Source: Poseidonia sp.
GTDB taxonomy: Archaea > Thermoplasmatota > Poseidoniia > Poseidoniales > Poseidoniaceae
Assembly: GCA_030827475.1 (NCBI GenBank)
Contig: JAUREJ010000003.1
Coordinates: 6,648 to 70,647 of the forward strand
Direction of reading: 5' to 3'
DNA: 64,000 nt
In this document: positions 19,201 through 28,077 of the stretch, piece after piece
How positions within the stretch are numbered: the first letter of the stretch is position 1
Layout of the letters: every line of letters starts with the position of its first letter
Program-made: the position numbers and the translations under genes
The notes under the pieces: generated by a model
The model's input: the letters and a program-made list of their open reading frames with translations, nothing else
Databases searched by the model: none
Told to the model about the DNA's origin: nothing

Positions 19201-20697
19201 GGCGACCTCCCAAGCGGCGACTACACCGTTACCATCTGGGCTGCTGACAGCGACTTATGTATTGACAACAACACCGGTTGCCAAGTTGAAGTTCGGACCA
19301 TCACCATCAACAACGAAAACCTCCGGCCGAATCTTCAATTATCTTGGATTGGTGCAGCAGACCAGTCCTCAGGCGGTATTGATGGCGACACCGTTCGTGC
19401 ATCAACTGAAACGAAGATTGTCGGCGTGGCCCGTGACGTTGGTGGCTTTGTGACTCGTGTTGAAATCGAAATCACCGACCTCGCCAACGGACTGGTGCTT
19501 AACGATGGGCCACTTCCGGTCACTTCGTTCAACGCTGACGGTTCATGGGTTGCCAACTGGGACACCTCTGACCTCGTTCACGACCGTGTGTATTCCGTGA
19601 CGGTTCGGGCTTACGACGGCGATGATTACTCGGACGACATCGTTTGGAGAATGACCATCAACAACCCACTTGATGCAGAAAATATTGATCCCGTGTTCAA
19701 CGAAACCGGCTGGGTGGGTACATGGACCATTTTCTGCGATGAAAATTCCAACTCCTTCGACCGCTGCGGTGGCGGTGTGACGTTTGACCTCGGTAATTTC
19801 TTTTCGGACCCCGATGGAACAGGGACCCCAGCCAACGACCTGGAATTCTACATCTACGATGACCCAGCAACCATTGAAGACGACATGTACTTCGATTTCA
19901 TCCGAATTTCCGCTGATGGATTGCTCACTTACGATCCGGTTTCCATGATGAGTGTCACCAGCAACATCCCCGATTGGTCCTTGAACGCCGTGGTGATCTA
20001 TGCTCAAGACGATCAAGAATCAAAGGCATATTCACTCAAAGTGAACTTCCTCGTCCGCGGGGTCTCCTTCAGCGTTGAGCGCGCCGACTCCGGCGCCATC
20101 ACCGTGAACGACCCCGCTACGTTCCGAGGGACAGGACTTCCCGGAAGCACGGTGAACCTTCGCTTCGCAGATGGAAACTCCCTCCTAAACAGCACGAAGG
20201 TTCTCTCCGACGGAACGTGGAGCATGGACCTCTCAGCCAGCCAACTCGGTATTGAAGGTAAGTCGGCGGTTGTCTTTGAAATGGACGATCAATACTTCAG
20301 GTTCTCCGGTCAATCCCAAACCGAAAAAGGCGAATTCAGTATTTCGGTTGCGGGGGCCGATGATGGCGGTTCGGGTGTCCTCGGTATCGTTCTTATCGTT
20401 CTCGCAGTTTTGGTGCTTCTCGGTGCAGCTGCGTTCTTCTTCATCGAATTTGAGGAAGTGGTTGACGAAGCCGAGTTGACCGGCGATGACGCCCAAGAAG
20501 CGGAGGACCCTTATGCTTGGGCCAAAGCCAAGCAAACGCCAAGTCTGCCTGAACAGGCCCATGCGCCTATGGAAACTGCTCAAGCCGTTGCAGAAATCGC
20601 TGCACCCGCCGCTGCCTCCCAACATCCAGGGTGGCTGTGGGACGAAGCCACGAACCAGTGGGTCCCTGACCCGAACTACCAGCAACCGCAACAGTGA
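16276..20697 (+). CDS. Large surface protein: right-handed parallel beta-helix + multiple Ig-like domains + C-terminal TM + cytoplasmic tail
   Basis: Signal peptide MSRRKQAKSLSLVLLYMV...; Asn-ladder repeats (NNVI, RNTI, HNNII, NNTI); Ig repeats (G.A.D...VE.....W...WD); TM VLGIVLIVLAVLVLLGAAAFFFI. Confidence 0.85.
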   Translation: MSRRKQAKSLSLVLLYMVSIMVGMVSLPTVMANNETTQGTVTGVETWSGTMNLQGDVEVAEGAKLIINAGTTVNIPFGKFIDVKGAICVGDSACGASAGSASSKARFMWSLPTDYTKIGRCYVNGSSTFTNGDAACGSGLVIRDTIDQSITSINFAHFENAYGYPIYVQTLQAVQYGALVFDGSSTTARGLSFTDINTSNVIAIDFASPTISESTFELGVDGRGYDAAAVRAYGAGAGILATFEVKDSSFTGNDADCGQQGGGRAVLFIEDSYIDMDNLDISQNSYGVLMKSSSGSLTNSVIDVKCNAIDTNSLKTTGTIDHTLTITNNVITTAEGAGLTAYDGAKVYAERNTISGASEGSGVGIRSSVVELHNNIIGPVGGWNGLWIYGTSDVVAENNTIQDTGKEPVLIGEYHYQDSGWQVPAPSAARLYLANNVISNNSGTCNSQMYGGDFPCPAVHVFRSSASILDNTISGNNGDIIRAKGSLVNVQRNTADSQGGFAGNISLHDDNYGNKYGSVAYFSGNTWTGVSQVYNITESRVTVQSEQIPSPGFNESYPVNIRWLGAECPYVQDECLKLPDTVALPPAQMPLALELVENATVFSFADLQNFDSSMIHVQNQNTAWGSQVREGELVQYQVKAKNSNVAGATVVIKDATGLPLYELTTDALGYTQEVSLPSDFLLDRNWNHIVGDKNAAIPGTNDGTGQPIVVDEDSCADGIDNDGDTYVDDFDVSSGAGDTSNCESGNREMPFYTVEAFKFGSGTKELSYVLSGPVNDVINLDNLRPGVTVNQQDGTSFATTVRLTGQAWDGAKWPYANDNTAVQSQFGKIQRVEIQPPGSTDWYTASDTSGSGGEITMANHPFKDWVFDWDMSAHPEGEGDVTFRIRSFDGLDYSPVEVRQYKLNLVAPTILVDVPTTGSTFNNGKVLFQGTASDPYQGTYGSDVKQIWFHISGEGGFEQQFFQAGSTSWSYEWDVGDLPSGDYTVTIWAADSDLCIDNNTGCQVEVRTITINNENLRPNLQLSWIGAADQSSGGIDGDTVRASTETKIVGVARDVGGFVTRVEIEITDLANGLVLNDGPLPVTSFNADGSWVANWDTSDLVHDRVYSVTVRAYDGDDYSDDIVWRMTINNPLDAENIDPVFNETGWVGTWTIFCDENSNSFDRCGGGVTFDLGNFFSDPDGTGTPANDLEFYIYDDPATIEDDMYFDFIRISADGLLTYDPVSMMSVTSNIPDWSLNAVVIYAQDDQESKAYSLKVNFLVRGVSFSVERADSGAITVNDPATFRGTGLPGSTVNLRFADGNSLLNSTKVLSDGTWSMDLSASQLGIEGKSAVVFEMDDQYFRFSGQSQTEKGEFSISVAGADDGGSGVLGIVLIVLAVLVLLGAAAFFFIEFEEVVDEAELTGDDAQEAEDPYAWAKAKQTPSLPEQAHAPMETAQAVAEIAAPAAASQHPGWLWDEATNQWVPDPNYQQPQQ

Positions 20698-20722
20698 CGG
20701 GCTAACGAGCGAGGGAATTTTG

Positions 20723-23248
20723 ATGGCTGTTCTGGGGAAGCCGGGGGTGCAAGAGAGGATCCTTTTGCACTTGTTGGACTACTCTGATTTCAAAGACAGC
20801 ATTGAAGTGCCGTTCGCACTCTCTCAAATGGGTATTGCGAACGCCGTGGCCATCGCTCGTTCAAACGTGCCCCGAGCAATTGCTGGCTTGAAGGACCAGG
20901 GGATATTGGTTGAACGCCAAGCTCATGTCAAAGGCGTTTCTCGAAAACGGAAGGCCTACTTTTTGACCGATAGCGGCGTTTCCCTCGCAGCGGAGACATG
21001 GCAGCGTCTTTCGGACGTTCCCGTACGATGCATCATCGATGCTCAGTCACCCAGAGATACAACGCTCGGTGGCATTAAGTCTGTGCTTCCTTTTCCGATG
21101 CGACCCGTGGATGTCATCCGGTACATGGACGATAACCACACCTTGGACCTACGAAGCTTAAGCGCCGAATTGGTCGAGCGGGATTTGTCAAAACACGTGG
21201 AAAAACAACTGGTCACCTCCCTCGCCGACCTTCCGCGTCTGCGTCATTTCTACGGGAGGGAAACCGAACTTGACAACATGGTGAACCTTCTCGAAGCACG
21301 GGCAACGACATTGCTCGTACCGGGGATCGCTGGAATCGGGAAAACGACGGTGGCCTCCAAGTTGATCGAGCGGTTCCTTCATCGACGAAATTTGCTCTAT
21401 CACCGGTGTCAAGATTGGGAAGGATCCCGGTCTTTTTTCGAATCCGTGGCGGACTGGCTCTCGAGCATGGGAAACTCAGATTTTTCGACATATCTTGCTG
21501 CGACACCTGTTCCTCAGCCCGGTGACGCTGCGCGACTTCTCGTCGAGGCCCTTCAAGGCTCACCCGCCCTCATCGTCATCGATGATTTTCACAAGGTAGC
21601 CGACCTCGTTCTTCACCAAACCTTCCAGGCCATGTCGTTGAATTTGCTCGGAAGTGAGGAAAAGATTGGTTTGGTGATGTTTTCAAGGTCGTTCAAACCC
21701 GTTGTTCCGACAAAGGACGCTGAAGGGCGGATTGCAAGCTTGGTGTTGCCGCTTGACGGTCTTGATTCCGCTTCGGGTCGTAAACTTCTCAGCAGTTTTA
21801 AGCAACTCGAAGAAGAACAATGGCTTCACATTCACGGCTTGTCCCGAGGGCACCCACTGGTCTTGGAACTCATCAACCGTGGAGCTTCGGCCGGAGCGTT
21901 CCACGAGACGTTGGAAAATTATGTCACGGTCGAGATTTTCTCAAAATTGAGTGCCGAACAGAAGCGTGTCCTCTCCGCCCTGGCCATTTTCCGAGAGCCG
22001 GTGTTTCTTGATGCCCTGGCTCAACAACAGTTGGATACCGATGTTCTCGACAGTCTTGTCGAGTCGGGTTTGGCTCGCCAAGCCGACGCGGATACATACG
22101 ACGTTCACGATTTGATTCGTGAATTCCTGCTACGAAGCATGACGCCCGCCCTCAAATCGGAATTTCACAGTAAATGTGCTGATTGGTACGGTAAGCAGCC
22201 CGAGAGTCACGAAATTCTCGTGGAGTTGATCTATCATCTCATTCAATCCGGGCAACACGACGAAGCTTCAAAATCCATCGTCACCGAAGGTCGTCATCTC
22301 GTCACGCAAGGCCACATGGAATTGCTTGGCCTGATTGAACAAGTCGATACGGCTGACATCGACTCCACAACGCAACTCTCTCTGGCTCAACTGCAGGGTG
22401 AAATTTTAGCCTTGTTGGGACGTCACGATGAAGCAGAAGTGTTGCTCCAAACCGCTTTGGAGCGAGCAGAGAAGAACGCCGATGTTCTCGTTCAAGCCGA
22501 GTTGCTCTCATCTCTGGCGGATGTGAGCCGGAAACAAGGGAACAGCGACCTCTCACTCCAGCGCCACAAAAAAGCGCTCAAGCACTACATCGCTCTCGGG
22601 GATGCTCGTTGGGCTGCTCGAACCTACAACAACATCGGCTACCTCCTGCGCCGGAAAAACGAACAAGCAAAGGCGCTTGAAGCCTATGGTGAGGTGGAAT
22701 CCATTCTTTCATCCTCCAACGATGACGGTTTGATCAGCAGCCAGATCACGCTGGCCAGAGCCCTCATCGACCTGGGTGAAGTCGACCGTGCCCGTCACCA
22801 CGCCATGGCGTCTCACGAACGCACCTCTGAACTCGAAGACACGTCGTTGCACGCACGGGCTCAAGCTGTTCTTGGGAGGTACTATTCGCGGGTGGAGCAA
22901 TCTGAACTTGCCCTGTTCCACTACAACGAGGCACTTGTTGCAATGAACGAAGCAGGTGATGTCCAATCGCTGGTTGAGATCACGATGTTGCTGGGCGAGG
23001 TGCTCCACGATGCTGGGCGAGGCGATGAAGCCATTGAGCATTATCGGGAGGCCCTCGTGTTGGCCGAAGCTAACGACCTACGCATGCAAATAGGGGAATT
23101 GTTGACCCGTCTCGGTGGACTTTCTCCCGAACGTCACGAACGAATGGAATATTTGCAACGTGCCCTCAAAGTGTTCCGTGAATTGGGCGCTCAATCCCGC
23201 ATGCGTGAAGTCCAATCGCTGGTCCACCGAGCCGTAATGGGACGCTAA
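20723..23248 (+). CDS. wHTH-STAND (NB-ARC/MalT-like) NTPase-TPR protein, probable signal-transducing transcription regulator
   Basis: N-terminal wHTH (SQMGIANAVAIARSNVPRAIAGLKDQGILVE...KAYFLTDSG), FYGRETEL, Walker A GIAGIGKT, Walker B LIVIDDFH, GHPL, VHDLIREF, C-terminal TPRs. Confidence 0.85.
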   Translation: MAVLGKPGVQERILLHLLDYSDFKDSIEVPFALSQMGIANAVAIARSNVPRAIAGLKDQGILVERQAHVKGVSRKRKAYFLTDSGVSLAAETWQRLSDVPVRCIIDAQSPRDTTLGGIKSVLPFPMRPVDVIRYMDDNHTLDLRSLSAELVERDLSKHVEKQLVTSLADLPRLRHFYGRETELDNMVNLLEARATTLLVPGIAGIGKTTVASKLIERFLHRRNLLYHRCQDWEGSRSFFESVADWLSSMGNSDFSTYLAATPVPQPGDAARLLVEALQGSPALIVIDDFHKVADLVLHQTFQAMSLNLLGSEEKIGLVMFSRSFKPVVPTKDAEGRIASLVLPLDGLDSASGRKLLSSFKQLEEEQWLHIHGLSRGHPLVLELINRGASAGAFHETLENYVTVEIFSKLSAEQKRVLSALAIFREPVFLDALAQQQLDTDVLDSLVESGLARQADADTYDVHDLIREFLLRSMTPALKSEFHSKCADWYGKQPESHEILVELIYHLIQSGQHDEASKSIVTEGRHLVTQGHMELLGLIEQVDTADIDSTTQLSLAQLQGEILALLGRHDEAEVLLQTALERAEKNADVLVQAELLSSLADVSRKQGNSDLSLQRHKKALKHYIALGDARWAARTYNNIGYLLRRKNEQAKALEAYGEVESILSSSNDDGLISSQITLARALIDLGEVDRARHHAMASHERTSELEDTSLHARAQAVLGRYYSRVEQSELALFHYNEALVAMNEAGDVQSLVEITMLLGEVLHDAGRGDEAIEHYREALVLAEANDLRMQIGELLTRLGGLSPERHERMEYLQRALKVFRELGAQSRMREVQSLVHRAVMGR

Positions 23249-23255
23249 TTCAGCT

Positions 23256-23735
23256 TCATTGAACCGCTGCAGGCCGGTCGAGCGAGAGGAACGTGACGCC
23301 GTCTTCGTGAACCACCCAAAGCCGTTCCACGCCAGAGAGAGGAATGCGCCCCTCATGGACACCAGCGCCTGTTCCTGACAACGCTGTCGAGGTGTCAAGC
23401 GGTCCACCTTCATCGATGAGCAGAAGAGAAGTGTTCGTGAGTTCAAGCCAAAACAAGGATTCGTCCGCTTCCGTTGGCCGCCAACTGACCGCCTCGGCGT
23501 AGGATATGTTCCCGCCAAGCCGGCTTGACTCATCTGCGCGCTCAACAGCGGCGGCGATGTCTTCCATGTTGGCTTGGATTGCCTCTTCGTTCCATCGCAA
23601 TCGGGTGTTGGTTTCAATGTCCCACGCCCAAACGCTGAACATGGACATCAAAAGGACCCCAAGAAGGAAGGTGAAAATGTAGCCCAACTCCGTGGCCGCA
23701 GCCCGGGTGTCGGCTCGAATGCTCGTGGACCTCAT
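23256..23735 (-). CDS. Small archaeal pilin-like protein (class III-like signal peptide)
   Basis: Charged leader ..DTRA followed by hydrophobic helix AATELGYIFTFLLGVLLMSMFSVWAW; overlaps the upstream gene by 4 nt. Confidence 0.65.
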   Translation of the reverse strand: MRSTSIRADTRAAATELGYIFTFLLGVLLMSMFSVWAWDIETNTRLRWNEEAIQANMEDIAAAVERADESSRLGGNISYAEAVSWRPTEADESLFWLELTNTSLLLIDEGGPLDTSTALSGTGAGVHEGRIPLSGVERLWVVHEDGVTFLSLDRPAAVQ

Positions 23736-25966
23736 GCCATCACCTCTCGGGTGGTGACATCGAGCGAGGCCAGTTGGAGGGTGAATTCGATGACCTCACC
23801 GTTGGTGTGCCAGACCGCTTCTGCGGTTCCGTAACTCGGGTCCGGGACCCAACCCACATAATCCGTCAGAAGGTCCAACCGGCCGGGGTACACCGTCCAA
23901 TCCTCGCTTGCTTCGAGCCCGATGCCCGCACTGTCAGCGATGGCCGTTCCGTAGGGTTCCGACCAACCCCGCCTGACTTCGTAAGCGGGCGTTGAGGCCA
24001 GTGACATTCGGTGGACGAGTTCAATGTCAAGTTCCAGTTTTCCCCCTCCACTCTCGCTGTTGGCGGTTGGATGAAGCGAGGGAACCGTTGCGGCGAAGCG
24101 AGGTCCCGGTCCACCTCGGTCTGAGGGCGGCACGATGACGTAAGGGTTGAATTCCGGGTGATTGGTCACGACGGCTCCTCCGCTGAACGCCACTTCCATG
24201 CCGGCGATCGAGGATTGGAACTGGTATGCGAGTCGGGAGAGGTGGAACGACCAAACCGTTCCGATGGAGGCGTGCGTTGAGATGCCGTCGTTTCCAATCA
24301 CATCAATGGCGACGCTTGCGGGGTGACGTCCATCAATCCATGCGCGATGGAGGTCAACTTGGCTTCTTCCACCCATGCGTTCCCAAGGGAGGTCGGTGGT
24401 GATCCAACCGCTGGCTTGAGTGGAAACCGCCGTGCATCGATCTGCGCCGTCATGCGGGAGGTGATGCAACCCGTGAGCGCCTGCTGTGCGAAGGAGGCGA
24501 ACTGGATGGCCGTCAGTCACGGACAGAGCGGTTGTTCCGAGGGGAGCGGTGATGCTTTGCCGATTGTTTGCATCAAGGAACACGCCCGAATCGTTTGCAG
24601 CTCCCGTCAGGTTCCATGTTGAGGTGTAGCCTGCGAGTCGGTAGTGAAGGGTCTCAGCCGTGGTGTTGTCTTCGTTGGTGTACCTGAACACGCCTCCAGA
24701 ACGACCACCCGTGTCGTCGGCAGGAATCATTGCTGTGCCGACAGCATCGTTTGAACTGTTCAATGTGTTTGAAGCGGCCCATGCGAGGAAGACATCCCCG
24801 TCGGCGTCGAGCACAAGCGCACCTTCGTCGAGGGCCGGGGGCCACGCTACGTCTTCAACACCGCCGGCTGCGACAGAAATGCCGCCACCTCGCCACGTTA
24901 CGGTCACCACAGCATCGCCCGGATTGGTTAGGCGTAGTGTCCCGTTCATGAGAGGTGGGAGGAATTCATGGCCGAGGTACATGCCGGTCGTTGAAGGCCA
25001 AGCCGTCAGACCGAGGTCGTTTCCAGTGTTGGATTTCAGCAGGAGGCGTGAAGGCGAACTCGTCGTGATGTGAGCGACGGTGTCGGCCTCAACGGTGAGT
25101 TGGTGGGTGAACGCAACTGCGGTTCGTGCCAAGCCGCTGGGCAGGGCGTAGTGGATGCTGGTTTCCTCGCCGACCGTAATGTGAATTTGGTTGGCCTTTT
25201 GGCTGAGGAGGTGGATGGCGGTGGTGCCTTCCTTCAGCGGGATGGACCAAGCGTGACCTTTCTTGTCGGATGGTTCAGGAGCGTTTGGCAGGACGTAGGT
25301 CGCCCCGCTGCCCCCTGTTTCACCAAACACCGTAAGAGCATGACTCGATGTTAACACGGCTTCGCCGATGCTGGAAAGGTCAAACGATGCAGCATCATCG
25401 ACCCGCAGAGCGACGTTTTCCGCTTCTTCGCCGTCAACGTTCAACGTGACATCAATCGGGCCGAGCGGCATGGCGAGACCCGGTGTGACGGTGAAGAAGA
25501 CCCTGTCGAGGAAATCCTCGAGCGTGTAATAGTACGGTCGGTCCGGTCCAAGACGCAAATCGGTAACACAAACCGCCTCAACAAAACTCTCCGGGTGGCG
25601 AATCTCCAGTTCATCGTCAAAATCCAGTGCACCTCGTGCCCGCAGGGTCATGTCTTCCTGCCATGTTGCTGAATACCACATTCCGCCCCGCATGCTGTCC
25701 CAAACAAGATTTCCATCAACAGGAATCAAGGTCGCATGGGTGGAATCTCCGGGCATCCCTCGTTCGCTGAGGCTTGAGGTTTGGTGAGCGAGGAGCGTCA
25801 TCTGAGAGGACATGTCGTGGCGTTCAACCGAACCCTCCATCTCCTCGATGACGGGCATCATTGAGACCATCATGAGGCCGATGATGGAGAGGACACCGCC
25901 GAAGAGGAGCACCGTTGCAACGGCGGCAGAGACCGCTTCGTCTTCCCGGCGAAGTTGCCCCCTCAA
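23732..25966 (-). CDS. Large archaeal pilin-like/adhesin protein (class III-like signal peptide)
   Basis: RREDEA|VSAAVATVLLFGGVLSIIGLMMVSMMP followed by a long helix and a large beta-rich body; 4-nt overlaps on both sides; TTG start. Confidence 0.7.
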   Translation of the reverse strand: MRGQLRREDEAVSAAVATVLLFGGVLSIIGLMMVSMMPVIEEMEGSVERHDMSSQMTLLAHQTSSLSERGMPGDSTHATLIPVDGNLVWDSMRGGMWYSATWQEDMTLRARGALDFDDELEIRHPESFVEAVCVTDLRLGPDRPYYYTLEDFLDRVFFTVTPGLAMPLGPIDVTLNVDGEEAENVALRVDDAASFDLSSIGEAVLTSSHALTVFGETGGSGATYVLPNAPEPSDKKGHAWSIPLKEGTTAIHLLSQKANQIHITVGEETSIHYALPSGLARTAVAFTHQLTVEADTVAHITTSSPSRLLLKSNTGNDLGLTAWPSTTGMYLGHEFLPPLMNGTLRLTNPGDAVVTVTWRGGGISVAAGGVEDVAWPPALDEGALVLDADGDVFLAWAASNTLNSSNDAVGTAMIPADDTGGRSGGVFRYTNEDNTTAETLHYRLAGYTSTWNLTGAANDSGVFLDANNRQSITAPLGTTALSVTDGHPVRLLRTAGAHGLHHLPHDGADRCTAVSTQASGWITTDLPWERMGGRSQVDLHRAWIDGRHPASVAIDVIGNDGISTHASIGTVWSFHLSRLAYQFQSSIAGMEVAFSGGAVVTNHPEFNPYVIVPPSDRGGPGPRFAATVPSLHPTANSESGGGKLELDIELVHRMSLASTPAYEVRRGWSEPYGTAIADSAGIGLEASEDWTVYPGRLDLLTDYVGWVPDPSYGTAEAVWHTNGEVIEFTLQLASLDVTTREVMA

Positions 25967-27048
25967 CGACTCACCTCGATGCGTTGAAGATCGACTTCAA
26001 AATACAGCGGCAAGTTTTGAGCTGAGACGCTGAAGCCATCAGCGCCGCTTGCTCTTCCGTACGGGGAGAATCCAATGTAGGTGTCGAGCGTTCCAGCAGC
26101 GCGTTGCACGTTGTACTCGGAGAGCCAGTTGTCATGGTACTGGGGTGTGACCACATCGTGAAGGGCGTTTGTCACCGTGAATTGAACGTTGTAGGCGCGG
26201 CCGCTGAACAATGTTATGGGGCCTTGAGAGACGAATTCCAAGCCGATGTTGGAACCTGTTCCGATGCTTCCGTTGGTGATCACATCGGTCAGCAGCATGG
26301 ACAATCGCAACTCATCGTTGGCCATGCGATCAAACTCCACCAGGGGCATGGCGCTGACATCCCATGGTCCGTTTGGAAAACGCTCTGCTCGGGCGTTGTT
26401 CATCAGGACGATCTGATGTTCACCCTGCCCGAGCGAGGTGTGAATCTCCAATCCAGAAAGCGTCCACGAGACTTGTCGGTAGAGGGGTTCGTCATCCGCT
26501 CCAAAGACGGTGATGATCATCCAGTGGTTGGCGCTGGCGTTGTGCGAGACCATCACTTCCCGGTGGCTGGCCTCCACTTCGCTCGTGAGCGAAACGCCGG
26601 GCGATTGAACGGTGATGCTTCGAGCGGTTTCATTGGCGGCGAGGACACCAATCGTGGTGTCGTTCACATGACGCAACGAGATTCTTTCCGACGAAGTGAG
26701 GTCGGCCCCAATGGTCCAATGTTCGACGTTCTGCACCGGTCGGATCGAAGTGGATTGGATGGCCAGCGTGTTTCGGAAGCCCGTGCCTTCCGGTGCGTTC
26801 CCGGCCACCTCAATGCGGTCCTCAATTCGGTCAGCGAGCCCGGTGGCCGAATTCCAATTCGTGTTATCCTCAAAATCGGACAGGTACGGATTCAGGAAAA
26901 TCCAGACCCCGCCCATGATGGTGATGACCATGGCCAGCAACATCACGACACCCAGAACTTCGCTCACCGCCCGTTCTTCACCCCACAGGTGGCGGGAAGC
27001 GGACTGCGTCGATGGCCGGTTCACGCTTTGGACACGATGAGGTATCAT
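25963..27048 (-). CDS. Archaeal type IV pilin N-terminal domain protein
   Basis: EERA|VSEVLGVVMLLAMVITIMGGVWIF matches the archaeal pilin N-terminal (DUF1628/Pilin_N-like) pattern. Confidence 0.8.
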   Translation of the reverse strand: MIPHRVQSVNRPSTQSASRHLWGEERAVSEVLGVVMLLAMVITIMGGVWIFLNPYLSDFEDNTNWNSATGLADRIEDRIEVAGNAPEGTGFRNTLAIQSTSIRPVQNVEHWTIGADLTSSERISLRHVNDTTIGVLAANETARSITVQSPGVSLTSEVEASHREVMVSHNASANHWMIITVFGADDEPLYRQVSWTLSGLEIHTSLGQGEHQIVLMNNARAERFPNGPWDVSAMPLVEFDRMANDELRLSMLLTDVITNGSIGTGSNIGLEFVSQGPITLFSGRAYNVQFTVTNALHDVVTPQYHDNWLSEYNVQRAAGTLDTYIGFSPYGRASGADGFSVSAQNLPLYFEVDLQRIEVSR

Positions 27049-27056
27049 TTAGCCAT

Positions 27057-27890
27057 TCACCCCAAATCCTGCGATGCGACTTCGTTGTGCAGGGGTGATT
27101 TGGTTTCGGTTTCGGATGGCTGCCCGATGTAATGGGAAAAATCAGGGCCGTCCTGTTCGGAGATTTTCAGGTCGCCCGTGAAGACTTCTGCGATGTGATA
27201 GAGCACGGTCGATTCGGCGATGTGAGGCCGATTGTTTTTCTGGCTTAGGTGCGTCAGGACAATGGTTCGTGTGGCTTCCGTACAAACCTCGGCCAGGAAC
27301 TGGCCGGTTTGGTCGTTTGACAAGTGGCCTCCGCGTCCGGAGATGCGATCCTTCAAGCTGTACGGGTACGGGCCTCCAAGCAATTTCTTCTCGTCGTAGT
27401 TGGCCTCAATGGAAATGTGTTCGCAACCCCGCACGTGCGTGACCAGTTCGTCGGTCCACGAGCCGAGGTCGGTGATGATGGCGGCTCGTTCTCCGTTGTG
27501 GCTTGCGACAAAGGCCACATTGTCCGAACCGGCGTGGGGGACGGGAACGGGCAGCACGGAGAGGTCGTCACCGACACGTATCAAATCAAGCGCAGCGAAG
27601 TGGGTGGTCAACGAGGGGAGCAGGTCGAGTTCAAGCGCCGTACGCTCGTTGGCCAGGATCTGGGTGTTCCATCGCGTTTGCATGATGCGAGCACCACCTC
27701 CGTGGTCGCCGTGATGATGGGAGATGAAGACGCAATCGATGTCCTCCGGGCTGAGGTCAAGGCGGGCGAGCCGCTTCTCCAGTTGTGCGCCGCTGAAACC
27801 CTGATCGATCAGCACCCGAACCTTTGGCGTCTCCAGCAGCGTCGAGTTGCCCCGGCTTCCGGTTCCAAGGTGGGTGATGGTCATCGTCAT
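27057..27890 (-). CDS. MBL-fold metallo-hydrolase (YycJ/WalJ-PhnP-like)
   Basis: Motifs LGTGSRGNS, IDQG, SHHHGDH, VPH, ITDLG, IEANYD, GHLSN, LTHLS. Confidence 0.9.
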   Translation of the reverse strand: MTMTITHLGTGSRGNSTLLETPKVRVLIDQGFSGAQLEKRLARLDLSPEDIDCVFISHHHGDHGGGARIMQTRWNTQILANERTALELDLLPSLTTHFAALDLIRVGDDLSVLPVPVPHAGSDNVAFVASHNGERAAIITDLGSWTDELVTHVRGCEHISIEANYDEKKLLGGPYPYSLKDRISGRGGHLSNDQTGQFLAEVCTEATRTIVLTHLSQKNNRPHIAESTVLYHIAEVFTGDLKISEQDGPDFSHYIGQPSETETKSPLHNEVASQDLG

Positions 27891-28077
27891 GCGAACAACT
27901 CGGAGCGGTCGCGGAGGATTCTTGAACACACCGACAGAACCTGACGGTATCGGATGTTTTGGCGGACTTTCGCACGACGTCAAGGTGTGCGTGTATGAAC
28001 AATGTTCCATCACCCTCATAAGCAATCTGAGCAAGGTATTCTTTGAGCGAAGCGTATGCTTTGCAGCAGGCGAGAAC

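Noticed and set aside
20486-20722. N-terminal extension of the STAND ORF as given in the ORF track
   Set aside because: It overlaps the upstream gene; ATG 20723 after a GAGGG site is the plausible start. Over-long starts were similarly trimmed for purD, the MBL hydrolase, the Ca-repeat protein, the Zn protease, gltX and pheT.
20723-23248. Avs-type antiviral STAND system
   Set aside because: No nuclease, TIR, SIR2 or protease effector is visible and there are no neighbouring defence genes; a wHTH regulator is more parsimonious, though defence is not strictly excluded.
26104-27132. 342-aa plus-strand ORF over the pilin-like gene
   Set aside because: Antisense shadow; the minus-strand gene has a clear pilin signal and operon coupling.
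27990-28010. GAAC-N3-GTTC palindrome resembling an SOS box
   Set aside because: The spacer differs from the Gram-positive GAAC-N4-GTTC box, the host is archaeal, and the motif is short enough to occur by chance.
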